Assembly: GCF_006345805.1 (NCBI RefSeq)
Contig: NC_043016.1
Coordinates: forward strand, 4,340,001-4,404,000
Reading direction: 5' to 3'
Length of the DNA stretch: 64,000 bases
DNA from: Octopus sinensis
Lineage: Eukaryota
The translations under genes were made by a program, and so were the position numbers. The notes below the pieces were generated by a model. That model was not told the DNA's origin, searched no databases, and saw only the letters and a list, made by a program, of their open reading frames with translations. This document shows, piece after piece, positions 53,700 to 64,000 of the stretch; the first letter of the stretch is position 1; every line of letters begins with the position of its first letter.

Positions 53700-53940
53700 G
53701 TGTCTATGTATGTACAACATCCTTTTAAATGATTCTGATAGGTTGTGTATCGTCGGCAATTTTCTTTCTCCGTCTTCCCTTCCTTGGACCTTTCCATTTT
53801 CTATGTTTCTGATGAAGAGCTCCGCTCGAAACACCCAATCCTCCGTCCTTCTTTCTTTTCCTGAGCATCCAATAACACTATACTTGTTCCACGTCCTTGC
53901 GTTGTGTCTTCTCTTTGTGTTTTCATGTTTGGATTAACGG
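53700..53940 (+). mobile_element. Penelope-like terminal-repeat fragment with a hammerhead-ribozyme core
   Basis: gttt-CTGATGA-a-GAGC-tcc-GCTC-GAAAC at 53805-53832. Flanks are homologous to 55090-55330. Confidence 0.6.
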
Positions 53941-54577
53941 TATGTATATATATATATATATGTATGTATCGAATAGATGTCTTATAAAACTATTCCACAC
54001 ATGCAACAACAGCCATACCAACAATCCAGCACTCATCCATCATGAGCTGCCCCACAGATATCATTATGGTTTCGACATCTGGACAGTACCACTCAATCCG
54101 GTGGTATGAACAGCACTAAAATAAGTGTTGTTTGGGAACCTTAGATATCACTACATTCATTCAATCTTAATTCTATGAAGGATTAAGCACTAATATTATT
54201 GATTAAACTACAACAAAGGAACACATTTACCCTCTGTACAAAAACAGTATCAGTAAATAAATTCAATAAGGAGACCTATAACTAACTTCTAAATTACCTA
54301 ACTAAATAGCAACCTAGCACTTCAAGTGCATGCAGGTAATATCCCCACCAGTCTTCCATAGTTATTAATATAAAAGTGAAAGCTTTTACATTCTATTCTT
54401 TCCAAAACAAAAAAGAAACTCGATTGAACTTAACTAATAATATAACTAATTCTAAATAATTTGTGTGTATTTGTTGTTATTGATCATATATTTTTAATTG
54501 ACTTGAAGAGGGTAATATACTGATGATTAAGTGTCATCAAGTACTCCTTGATCTGTGTGTGTATGTATGTATGTATC

Positions 54578-54626
<49 letters not shown>

Positions 54627-55089
54627 GTTACGTTATATTCCGTTAGAAACATGGTACGGTATAAAGCTCATCCACCTTGAGAATTACCCAGTACTATTGG
54701 TAGTATTATTATGTATTTCTAAGTTTAGATTTAGGCATTCGTCATGTGTGAGTATAAAATTGTGGAAATAGGAGTCAAGAAAAAGGATTATGGTTGCACG
54801 TTTTGACACAGTGTAATTCTCCAAGAATACAGGTATTCGATTACACAACTGTTTGTCTGCATAATGATATCCAGTTGTGTTTCTTCAAGCGATATATGAG
54901 TATTGTTGTTACTGTTAGTTTAAAATCTTTGACTTTAAGGCCATCTCCTCTGATTGCCGAGGTTTGAATTTGTTAACTGCTTAGCTACATATGGTGTCTG
55001 TTGTGAGGGCATGTCTGTCAGACAGGTTTGCCCTTGTCCAACCATAATCCTTCTTCATGATTCCAATTTCTTCAATTTTATATATATAT

Positions 55090-55324
55090 ATATTTATTTA
55101 TTTCAAAATGTAACCACATGTCAATTATTGGCGATTTCGTTTTTCCTCTGTCTTCCTTTTCTTTTGGACTTCCTCTGATTCTGAAGAAGAGCTTTGCTTG
55201 AAATGTAAAACCAACTTTCTTTCCTTCTTAGAGAGTCTGCTAATTCTTTACATGTACCATGTCCTTTTGTTGCTGTTGTTGTTTTTTTGTGTGTGTGTTT
55301 TGTGCTTGTTCTTTGTTTTTGTTG

Positions 55325-55330
<6 letters not shown>
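55090..55330 (+). mobile_element. Second Penelope-like terminal-repeat fragment with a decayed hammerhead core
   Basis: CTGAAGA-a-GAGC-ttt-GCTT-GAAAT-GTA-aaac at 55181-55211. Confidence 0.55.
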
Positions 55331-55357
<27 letters not shown>

Positions 55358-55441
55358 TATATATTATATATATATACTGGTAAAAACGGTAAGATAACAA
55401 AAGAAAGAAAGAGACCTCAATATTATGTAAATAAAGGAATT

Positions 55442-55648
55442 TATCTGTAAAATGATATGTGACAATTATTTGGTAGCCAAGATAAAACTCTGAGTTTTGG
55501 ATGCCAAAGTGGAAATCCACACCACCATCTCTTCCGGTTATCTGACCATCTATCAGAAGAGATGGTGGTGTGGATTTCCACCTCGGCATCCAAAACTCAG
55601 AGTTTTATCTTGGCTATCGAATAATTGTCACATATCATTTTACAGATA
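55442..55648. repeat. Near-perfect hairpin, 93-bp arms and 21-nt loop
   Basis: 55442-55534 is the reverse complement of 55556-55648 with 4 transitions. Confidence 0.95.
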
Positions 55649-55659
55649 TATATATATAT

Positions 55660-55696
<37 letters not shown>

Positions 55697-55770
55697 TGAC
55701 AAGATAGATGGTTAGACAGAATCCAGCATGCTTGTTTTACACCATCAACATTTTGCTGTCTGATTTGCAG

Positions 55771-55839
55771 GAGTTAAGAAGTGTGATATTGACTTCTTAT
55801 AATCTTATTTGCAGGTTGCACCACAATCACCCTACACAT
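55771..55839 (+). CDS. Candidate in-frame cassette exon in the last intron (ELRSVILTSYNLICRLHHNHPTH)
   Basis: Acceptor ttttgctgtctgatttgcAG and donor CAT|GTgagc. 69 nt, phase 0-0, matching the phase-0 intron. A second acceptor lies at 55813-55814. Confidence 0.3.
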
Positions 55840-55857
55840 GTGAGCGTGAATAGTGAA

Positions 55858-55926
55858 GGGGGTTTTTTGGGGGTTTTTGGGGGGTTTTTTGGGGGTTTTT
55901 TGGGGGTTTTTTGGGGGTTTTTTTTT
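55858..55926 (+). repeat. (G5-6 T5-9)x6 G-quadruplex-type repeat
   Basis: G runs at 55858, 55869, 55879, 55891, 55902 and 55913. Confidence 0.9.
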
Positions 55927-56189
55927 GCTTAAATAGTTTTATTTCACCTCATCTAATGTAATTTCTCTGTTATTTGAAAAATACAGCTGTTGAAAATAAC
56001 CTATACATTATCATTGTGTGTAGTTGTGTAACATTCTTGTTGTTGAAATCTATGTGACACTTTGTTAATGTAATGCAATGTCATCATTATTTATTTTTTT
56101 ATATATTTTTTTGCTGTTGAAATTTATGGTGAAAACAAAATAGTTATGTATTTGTTTTTTAAATGAGTTAGTGAGGAGTAGTGGGAGAG

Positions 56190-56480
56190 AGGGCAGTAGC
56201 CATGACCTGTGGCTACAGTTAGTTCCCTCCCATACTTTTGACATTGATGCAGTCTAAGCAGGAAGGGAATTCCAAACAGTTGCAGTAGTACTGGGGAAGG
56301 AAAAACCAGGCAGCGGTTTCCTGTTGAGAGGTGTAGAAGGTGAGACACAGTGAGGAAAGACAAGTGTCTGCAATGAAAGGAGGAGGAGGAGGAGGAGTGT
56401 GGTGTATGAAATTAGCTGGTTCATCATAGGGGCAGAGTCTGTTGTTCTAATGGCCACTGAGTGTGTTGCTGAGTGAATCA
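56190..56480 (-). mobile_element. L2/CR1-like LINE 3' fragment
   Basis: The minus-strand ORF ends FSFPSTTATVWNSLPA, similar to FFPRTxxLWNSLP. Confidence 0.55.
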
Positions 56481-56827
56481 TTGTTAATCAGTCAGATTGT
56501 TGTTGTTTTTTATGTCACCTGGGATAATTGTGTATGAAAATCTGAGAGAGTGTGTGTTAGAACTGCGTTTGGTATTTGTAGCTTAAGTGTTTTGTTCTGG
56601 TTCTCATCTTCTGTGAAGATGAGAGGTGGGAAGCTTAAGAGCTGTAGGTATGAGTTTCATGGTAGAGAGGCATCACAAGAATTATTAGCTTATCTATAGG
56701 GAAAGGATATCGAGTCTGCTTCGCTGAATGTGCAGTGTCAATGTGCATGTGTGACAGAATGTAAGCATCTTAAGAGAAACTCCTGTCCTTGTGGCAAAAT
56801 TTGATTCTATTATTATTATTATTATTC

Positions 56828-57786
56828 AGTAGCCTTATTTTTATCACATGCTCTGTGTGCCTTGGGTATGTGCTGTGATTTGTTGTGATGCTCTGATGGT
56901 TACTGTATTGAAAGTGTTCTGCGTAGGATGTGTGCAGTGCCTAGTAGTGCAATTTTCTGTATGTTATATGTGTTTGTAAGTCCTGGTGTTTTTGTTATGT
57001 ATTTGTCTGAATATTTTTTTATCATGCCTAATGCACCTACTATGATAGGAATTGTTTCTGTTTTTAGATTCCACATTCTGGTTACCTCTATTTCCAGGTT
57101 TTTGTATTTTGAGAGTTTCTATATTTCTTTTAGAGACACATTGTCATCTGCCGGTATTGATACATCAATTAGAAAGTGTTTTTCTTCTTCATGATCTCTG
57201 ACAACTATATCTGGTCTGTTGGCCTTAATTTCTCTATCTGTGTGTATTGGCATATCCCAGAGTATGGTTGCTTTCTCGTTTTCTGTGACCTTTTCTGATG
57301 TGTGCCTATACCATATTTTTTCTGTTGTTATTCCATAATGTTGGCATAGCTTCCAGTGTATGTAGGTCCCAACTCTGTCGTGTCTGTGAATATATTCCTT
57401 CTTAGCCAGGACTGGGCAGCTAGAGATGATATGATTTATTGTTTCTTGTCCATCTCCACATATTCTGCAGTTACTTGTTATATTTCTTTTCATTACATGT
57501 TTTTGGTAATTTCTGGTGGGGAGGCTTTGGTCTTGTGCTGCAATTAAAAATCCCTCTGTTTCTGCTTTGAGTCCTGAGCTTCTCAACCATTGCTGGGATT
57601 TTTCTTTGTCTATTTCTTTTGCATTTAGTTTGTCCAGTATTTGCCATAAAGGGACTTTTCTTGCCATCGTTTTATCATGGTCCGTTGCTGTTCTAGTTTT
57701 AGTTTGGATCTCATTTGTTTTATAACTTTTGTTGTTTCTTCTTCTTCTTTGTGAGGTAGTATGACTTTTGTCTGTATTTGTCAGGT
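56828..57786 (-). mobile_element. R4/Dong-clade non-LTR retrotransposon 3' end (CCHC zinc finger and restriction-like endonuclease)
   Basis: CRICGDGQETINHIISSC and NRPDIVV...FLIDVSIP. The ORF runs to TAA at 56900-56902 with one internal TAG at 57119. (ATT)n lies on both sides. Confidence 0.9.
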
Positions 57787-57821
57787 TATTATTATTATCA
57801 TTATTATTATTTTATTTTTAA

Positions 57822-58025
57822 GGGGGAGGGGAAGTGGCAGAATCGTTAGTGTGCTGGATGAAATGGTTAGTGGCATTTCATCTGTCTTTACATTCTGAGT
57901 TCAAATTCCACCGAGATTGACTTTGCGTTTCATAATTTCAGGGTCAATAAACTAAGTACCAGCTGAACACAGGGGCTTGATGTAATCCCCCAAAATTGCT
58001 GGCTTTGTGCCAAAATTTGAAACTG
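57822..58025 (+). mobile_element. Deu/Nin-like SINE copy just upstream of the last acceptor
   Basis: gtggcagaatcgttag...gagttcaaattccaccgagattgactttgcgtttcataatttcagggtcaataaactaagtacc. Confidence 0.75.
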
Positions 58026-58067
58026 ATACTTTTATTATCATCATTGTTGTTATCATTATTATTACTG

Positions 58068-58114
<47 letters not shown>

Positions 58115-58123
58115 TACTTTCAG

Positions 58124-58201
58124 GCACACGTTATGACACAGCATGGTAACTGGAACACATTTAAAAACTGTGTTAAACAAGAGATGAAAGCTATGTACTA
58201 G
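58124..58201 (+). CDS. MICU3: MICU3-like terminal coding exon (AHVMTQHGNWNTFKNCVKQEMKAMY*)
   Basis: Acceptor tatttactttcAG at 58122-58123, phase 0, ending in TAG. The FKxCxKxE helix carries the C-terminal Cys that in vertebrate MICU2/3 forms the interchain disulfide with MICU1. Confidence 0.92.
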   Translation, partial: AHVMTQHGNWNTFKNCVKQEMKAMY

Positions 58202-58350
58202 CACAAGATTCACTATGTCAACATCACTAAATATGCCCGAATTGAAAATACCATAAATTTACTAATATTTACTACTCCATTTATATATATTGAGCCTACT
58301 CATACCTATATATCTATATATATATATTATGTGTGTATGTATGTATGTAT

Positions 58351-58411
<61 letters not shown>

Positions 58412-58449
58412 TACACACACGTGTGTGTGAAAGTATGTTTGTTTATTAG

Positions 58450-58455
58450 AATAAA
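58450..58455 (+). promoter_or_regulatory. Possible polyadenylation signal AATAAA in the MICU3 3' UTR
   Basis: First AATAAA after the stop codon; another at 58749-58754. Weak evidence in AT-rich DNA. Confidence 0.3.
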
Positions 58456-59029
58456 ACCCTGCAGATTTAAATGATAAACCCTAACATTACAAGTTTATAA
58501 TATTGCAGAGTATTATACTTTTGTTTAGTGAAGCTGAAAATGCTAATTGCTGTCTTGGTTTCCTAAGTTCATCATTATGAAAGCATTAATTAAAAGTGTT
58601 AATTTACACACTTGTATGTGAGAGAAGAGGAGGAGTAGTAGTAGCAGTAGTAGTAATAGTAATACCAGTAGCAGCAGCTTAAAATTTAGAATTCAGTTAA
58701 TAGGAGGGAAATACAGATGGAAAGTGTTACGTATTCTATAAATGTTTTAATAAAAGCCATTTGTCTTATATAATATATATAAGTGATGTTCATTCCAAAA
58801 ATCTAACTGCAGAAGTTTTAAAAAGTTATCAAGATATGTCCATATTTAGGCAGAGTATGAGAAGTAACTCATATGTTTACGAACCTGTTAATATATACTA
58901 AGGCTCCGTTGTTTACTTGAAGATTATATCTTTCAAAGAGTTGTTTAGAAGAATGTTTCAAGATTAGCGAAACATAGTCACATGCATCACACACTTACAC
59001 TCACATACACATGCATAGGGAGGGAGGGA

Positions 59030-59067
59030 GGTAGGTAGATAGATAGATAAGGAGGCAGGCGGATAGA

Positions 59068-59107
<40 letters not shown>

Positions 59108-59200
59108 TAGATAGTTAGGTAGATAGGTAGATAGACAAGTAGATAGATAGATAGATATAGAAAAGGTTGGATGGATGGATAGCTTGCTAGGTAGATAGAT
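59030..59200. repeat. (GATA)n/(GACA)n tetranucleotide microsatellite
   Basis: Read directly from the sequence. Confidence 0.93.
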
Positions 59201-62200
59201 AAGCATATTTTATATTAGGTATTAGATGGAAATTATTTTGAGATATAACTCTACCTTTCTCAACATGTTTATGATACCCCAAAGACTTGCTCACATCTGT
59301 GCCAATTGGCCTTAAAAATCTTAAAATGTTGTTATCTATTATTCACCCTCAACAACATTTATTCTGTATGTAGATACTGTTCGTTTGAAATTTCATTGCA
59401 AATTTGCTTTGTTAATTAGCATTTGGCACACATGCAGATATCTGTGTGTGTGTGTGGACAAAAAGAAAGACAGATAGGATAGGATGGGGCGATGAATAAA
59501 TATCTCTGAAACATAAATAGCCGAATGTATAGAAATATGATGAGATGGGGAGATACTCATTACACATGCACACTCACTGGATATCCATATATATATATAT
59601 ATCCATCCAACGCATGCCAGCATGGAAAGCGAACGTTAAACGACAACGATGATGATAATATATATGTGTTTGTGTGTTATTTAAATCCATTTGATTTGGC
59701 ACAATGTGTCTTCAATTTTCACAGACTTCTGGCAGAAGCTCGTCGCTTTCAGGCTATCCAAAGTCTAACAGAGACTGGCTTCTGCTAATTGCCTACAAAA
59801 CATTAAGTCACATAGAACTGAATGAAAACTGTTTTAAGTAATACATGTAACTACACTAGATGTGTTGAATGCCCTTTTCTTTCATTTGTCCTATCATTCA
59901 AGTGTAATATATATATATATACATACACACATGTATGTGTGTGTATTTTAGTGTACATATATGTGTAGGTTAATGAGTAGAGAAAGTGTAAGGTTGTAGA
60001 CTCTGTAATCTTGTCTTGTTGAGTATTTATCTCTGTACTGTGGTTGTCACAAAGGAACGCTCCCTGTGCATTCTGTAAAACAGCTGGTTGTAGGAAGGGA
60101 ATCCAGCCAAAGAAACCAATCCCAGTGTAAGGGTGCACACATTTTCTGGAAACAACTCACAGTGATTGACCATGACAACTGACTAAACCCATGCTAGCAT
60201 GGAAAGCAAATGTAAAATAATGAGGAGGAGGAGGAGGAAGAAGACATATCTGCCAAAACACACATCCATACATATTAACATACACTTTCTTTTTCTGTTT
60301 AAAAAATGAGAGAGTATCTGTTAGATTATAATTGTATAAATTGATGATTCGCTCTGCTGTTTGAATAATAACATCATTTGAGACTCTGAATAGCAACAGA
60401 ATGGAACATCAGTTTTATATATGTGGAGACGTGTGTGTGTGTGTGTGTATCTATGCATATACAAATGTGTAGATATGTATGTCAGTATACACGTGTATGT
60501 GTAAACACATGTACGTATAGAGGTTTATATATTTTTACACATACACATATGTATAAATGTATTATGTTGGACACAAATATAACTGTTTCAAAGTACCTGA
60601 AAATCTGCTGTCATTTGTTCAAAACTTTAGTTATGGCAATTTCAGTTGATGTGAAAACATTTTATTGTTCTCTGAAATGAAGAAAATGTGTGTGTGTGTA
60701 TTCATATTAACCTTATTACAACCAATTTAATACTTTTGAAGACTTGGTCTTTGGATATGCTTGTGCCACATGTTGGCAATGCTGTTTATTAACTGCTTTG
60801 CAAGCTTTCCTAGTATTTACAGTGTAAAAGCTTTTTTTTTTTCTTTTTTAACTATTGTAGTATGAAAGCATTTTGTTAGAGATGTCAGCCATTCATTCAG
60901 TGGAATTTTCAGAATCAGTAGAGCATCAAACAAAATGCCTTGTGATATATTATGAAGCATCTAAGTTCTAAGTTCCAATGCCACTGGGAACCAAAATCCT
61001 CTTTTGGTCATTAAAATCAGTATCAGCTGTGTTGAGGATGGATTGCCTAATTAACAACATCTCCAACAAAATTTCAGGTACTGAGTTTTATGTTAGAAAT
61101 TATATTTATGCACACCTAATCATTCTCTCTCACACACACACATTTTAAGGAATGGACCTTCCTTGAATTTCTACACAAACATCTTTCTTATTTTGCTTCC
61201 TTGGTGAAAGTCATACTTGCACAAACGTATCTTACATTTTAATTATATAACAATGTTTATTGTTTATATTAAGTAAATTTAGATAACATATTTTACAAAA
61301 TTCCTATTATTAATTTTTTTTCACAACTTAAACCCTTAACCTTCACTTTAAAAAAAAAATTGTTGTTTTAATCCTATTAAAATTTATTTTATTAACTTAT
61401 GATTACTGGAGAAAATTATCAGAAAAAATTAATGCTAAATATATTAATAAAAGGAAATTGAAGAAAAAATTTCTGATGTGGCTTCCCTTTTTCACGTTTT
61501 TTTATAACCAGTGTTAATTTTTATATTTTTTCATTCATTACTACACCTGTTACATTTTTGTTATTTTATCTTTTAATCATCATCTAAAACAGTTTTGTTG
61601 CTTTGCTTTTAAATGATATTGTTGACAGTTTATTAACAGTAACTTTTTTTAAGAAATATTGTTTCTTTATTTCTGTTTCTGCTACACACGTGTCTTTTGA
61701 AAAGTCTTTCAAAATTCTGAGAACTGAATATCTCAACTTAACAGTCATCTCCTGTTTAATTAATAAAATTGGAAATTTCAATTAATTCAAGTGTTGATTT
61801 GTTTTTATTATCATTTTTTATTTATCATTTTTATCATTATTTTCACAAAAATGGAAATATTACAGATTTACTGAGTATTTTTTGGCAAACAATATACGAA
61901 AGGAGAGAGTGAAGCAGGTGAAAAAATTCCAAAACTATAAATGAAATTCTGATTTAACTTGAAATTCAGTGTAAAAAGACATATGTGAAAATATTTTAAA
62001 AAGATATATGGCCGATGCCAGTGTTGCATGTCCAGCCCATTTAAGAGTACTCTTGATGTGTTGAGTGATATGATATGCTGGTGGAAGGTACTGAAGAGAG
62101 AGGATAATAGGGTCAGATTTAAGGACTTTGGGGCCTCTAGAAAAGATAAAGGAAAATGAATATGAATGAAATTGTCCTTAATATCAGCCTTTTCTTGGCT

Positions 62201-62899
62201 AGAAAGAAAAATAAAGAAGATATTTCTGTATTATTATAATAGTAATTACAGCTTTAGTGTCAATGTGGGTATATAGATGTCTGTTATTCCTTCAATGATT
62301 CTTATACTCTTTGTCAATACATATTATATACCTGCTTAAAATAAGCTGATCAGGAATTCTCAACATGTCAAGTCTCCCTCAGCTTAGCATCTATTTCAAT
62401 ATTTTATCCACGGATCAAATTCTGAGAGATTCATTATGACACAGAGCTGAGCAAATATATTGCATATGAAATCTGTGACATTTTGTTCGCCCCAAAAAGT
62501 GACCAGCAATGTAAAGTCAGGATATAATCAATGTTGTTGTTGTTGCTGTTGCTGCTGTTGCTGCTGCTGCTGCTGACGACGACGATGGTAACGAGTAATC
62601 ATCTCGACCAATAAACACTGCATGTACGTATGTTTCTAACACTTCAAAAACATTAAACTTGATCATCAATTTTGGTTGAATGAATTAAAGTAAATAGAAA
62701 TAATTACAGTTTGAGATGTTGATTTTCTTTTTTGAGCAGGGTAGAGTCTGTGTGTGTGTGTGTGTGTGCACCAAAGTACTTTCTAAAAGGTTTTAACACT
62801 ATTAGAACTAAGCATCATTACTGTATTTGTCATACAAAAATGTTAACATCTTAGCACTCATCTCCATCTCCCTCTCTCTCTCCCCCTCCTCTCTCTTAC

Positions 62900-63139
62900 T
62901 CTCCTATATATATATATATATTATATATATATATATATTTTTGTGTGTGTGTGTATATATATATAATGTATATATAGACATATATGTATGTATATATATA
63001 GACATATGTATATATATATGTATGTATGTATATATATATACACATATATATTGCATATATGTGTATGTCCATGTGTACACATAACTTATATGCACACCTC
63101 AAATATGTTTACTTACACATACACAAACACACATACACC

Positions 63140-63170
<31 letters not shown>

Positions 63171-63180
63171 GTGTGTGTCT
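62900..63180. repeat. (TA)n/(TG)n compound microsatellite
   Basis: Read directly from the sequence. Confidence 0.93.
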
Positions 63181-64000
63181 ATTTGCAGTTTTTCTCAATT
63201 TTAGACCCAGTTCCATGAATACGTCTTAAGAGTAATCTCCTGGCTCTATTTATAGTGTTTATTTAGGATTTATGGCATCAAGCAAGTTGTAATCCTCATA
63301 TTCTGCACAAAAGTTCCTAGAGCATTTCCATTAGTTTCAACATTTTGATTTATTATAAATGGACATCCATTTCTGCCAACCTAGTCAAAGAATCTTCTGA
63401 TATAAAGTTCTTCTAAAACACTATAGCCAGCTATATTGACCATAAGCATAGCATCCCGAAAGGTTTTAACTCACTCAGAAAAATAATCTTACTAGATTAA
63501 GCCAAATTGTCTGTTATGGAAATTTAAGAGCCAAATGGAAGCAACAATATATATTTAATTTTGGATGTATAAGTGAATACATGGAAATGGAATCTCAAGC
63601 ATATTTTCCAATATTGAACAAGAGATGCAAGACAATGCTGCCACAACTGTGGAGGACAACTACCTGCCATGTTGTCTTAGTTATTGCTATTTGAGAGACT
63701 TCGTTAATTTTAATCTTCCATCTTTACATATATATTATATAGACTGGTTGTGTAATATGACATATTTCAGAACACACTGATTATGTAATGTGAATTAGCA
63801 TTATAAAACTGGATTGTATAACGAGGAAGACCATTATAAAATTGATTTTGTATAATTTAATGTACGTAGACTGCTGGTATAATTTATTGAAATTATTAAG
63901 TATGGGACTAACAGTTTAATGTGAGATCAGTTTGTATAAAGTAAAAACTGGTTTGTATAATGTGAGATATTTCATAAATGTGTAAGATGTTAATTAATAT

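Noticed and set aside
54620-55070. Possible Penelope GIY-YIG coding remnant upstream of the second hammerhead unit
   Set aside because: Manual translation of the frames I checked gave no recognisable motif, so it is left unannotated.
55858-55926. G5T6 run as a telomere or interstitial telomeric sequence
   Set aside because: It is not the TTAGGG repeat expected for a mollusc and it lies mid-intron. Kept only as a possible G4 or splicing element.
57119-57667. 182-aa ORF as a nested antisense host gene
   Set aside because: The CCHC and PD-D motifs, the premature stop, the 5' truncation and the microsatellite flanks identify it as an R4/Dong retrotransposon fragment.

Overview
This is eukaryotic, very AT-rich, microsatellite-dense DNA. 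The repeat landscape and intron sizes are most consistent with an octopus (coleoid cephalopod) genome; that is an inference. The window holds the 3' part of one + strand gene, a MICU-family mitochondrial calcium-uniporter gatekeeper, most likely MICU3. Five exons are well supported by GT-AG boundaries and consistent reading phase: 16673-16767, 43090-43267, 43545-43653, 53273-53430 and 58124-58201 (stop). The first of their introns is about 26.3 kb. The exons for the N-terminal part and first EF-hand were not found and probably lie upstream of the window. The rest is intron or 3' flank full of decayed mobile DNA: many RTE-clade LINE pieces, including numerous 5'-truncated 3'-UTR copies with (GAT)n tails; an R4/Dong-type LINE end within (TAA)n; L2/CR1-like pieces; mariner, DD37D/maT, Tigger/pogo and hAT-Buster transposase remnants; tRNA-headed SINEs; MITEs; and long (TA)n arrays. 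Most ORFs in the supplied track are microsatellite or transposon artefacts. No prokaryote-type system (operon, CRISPR, rRNA or tRNA gene) is present. The best second-look items are two degenerate hammerhead-ribozyme cores in Penelope-like repeats on the sense strand of the last intron, a near-perfect 93-bp hairpin next to them, a 2.4-kb nested foldback, candidate alternative or micro-exons of MICU3 (one followed by a G5T6 G-quadruplex-type run), a direct duplication with an inverted templated insertion, and a head-to-tail SINE array before a splice acceptor. These are hypotheses from reading the sequence by eye. None is a demonstrated novel system.
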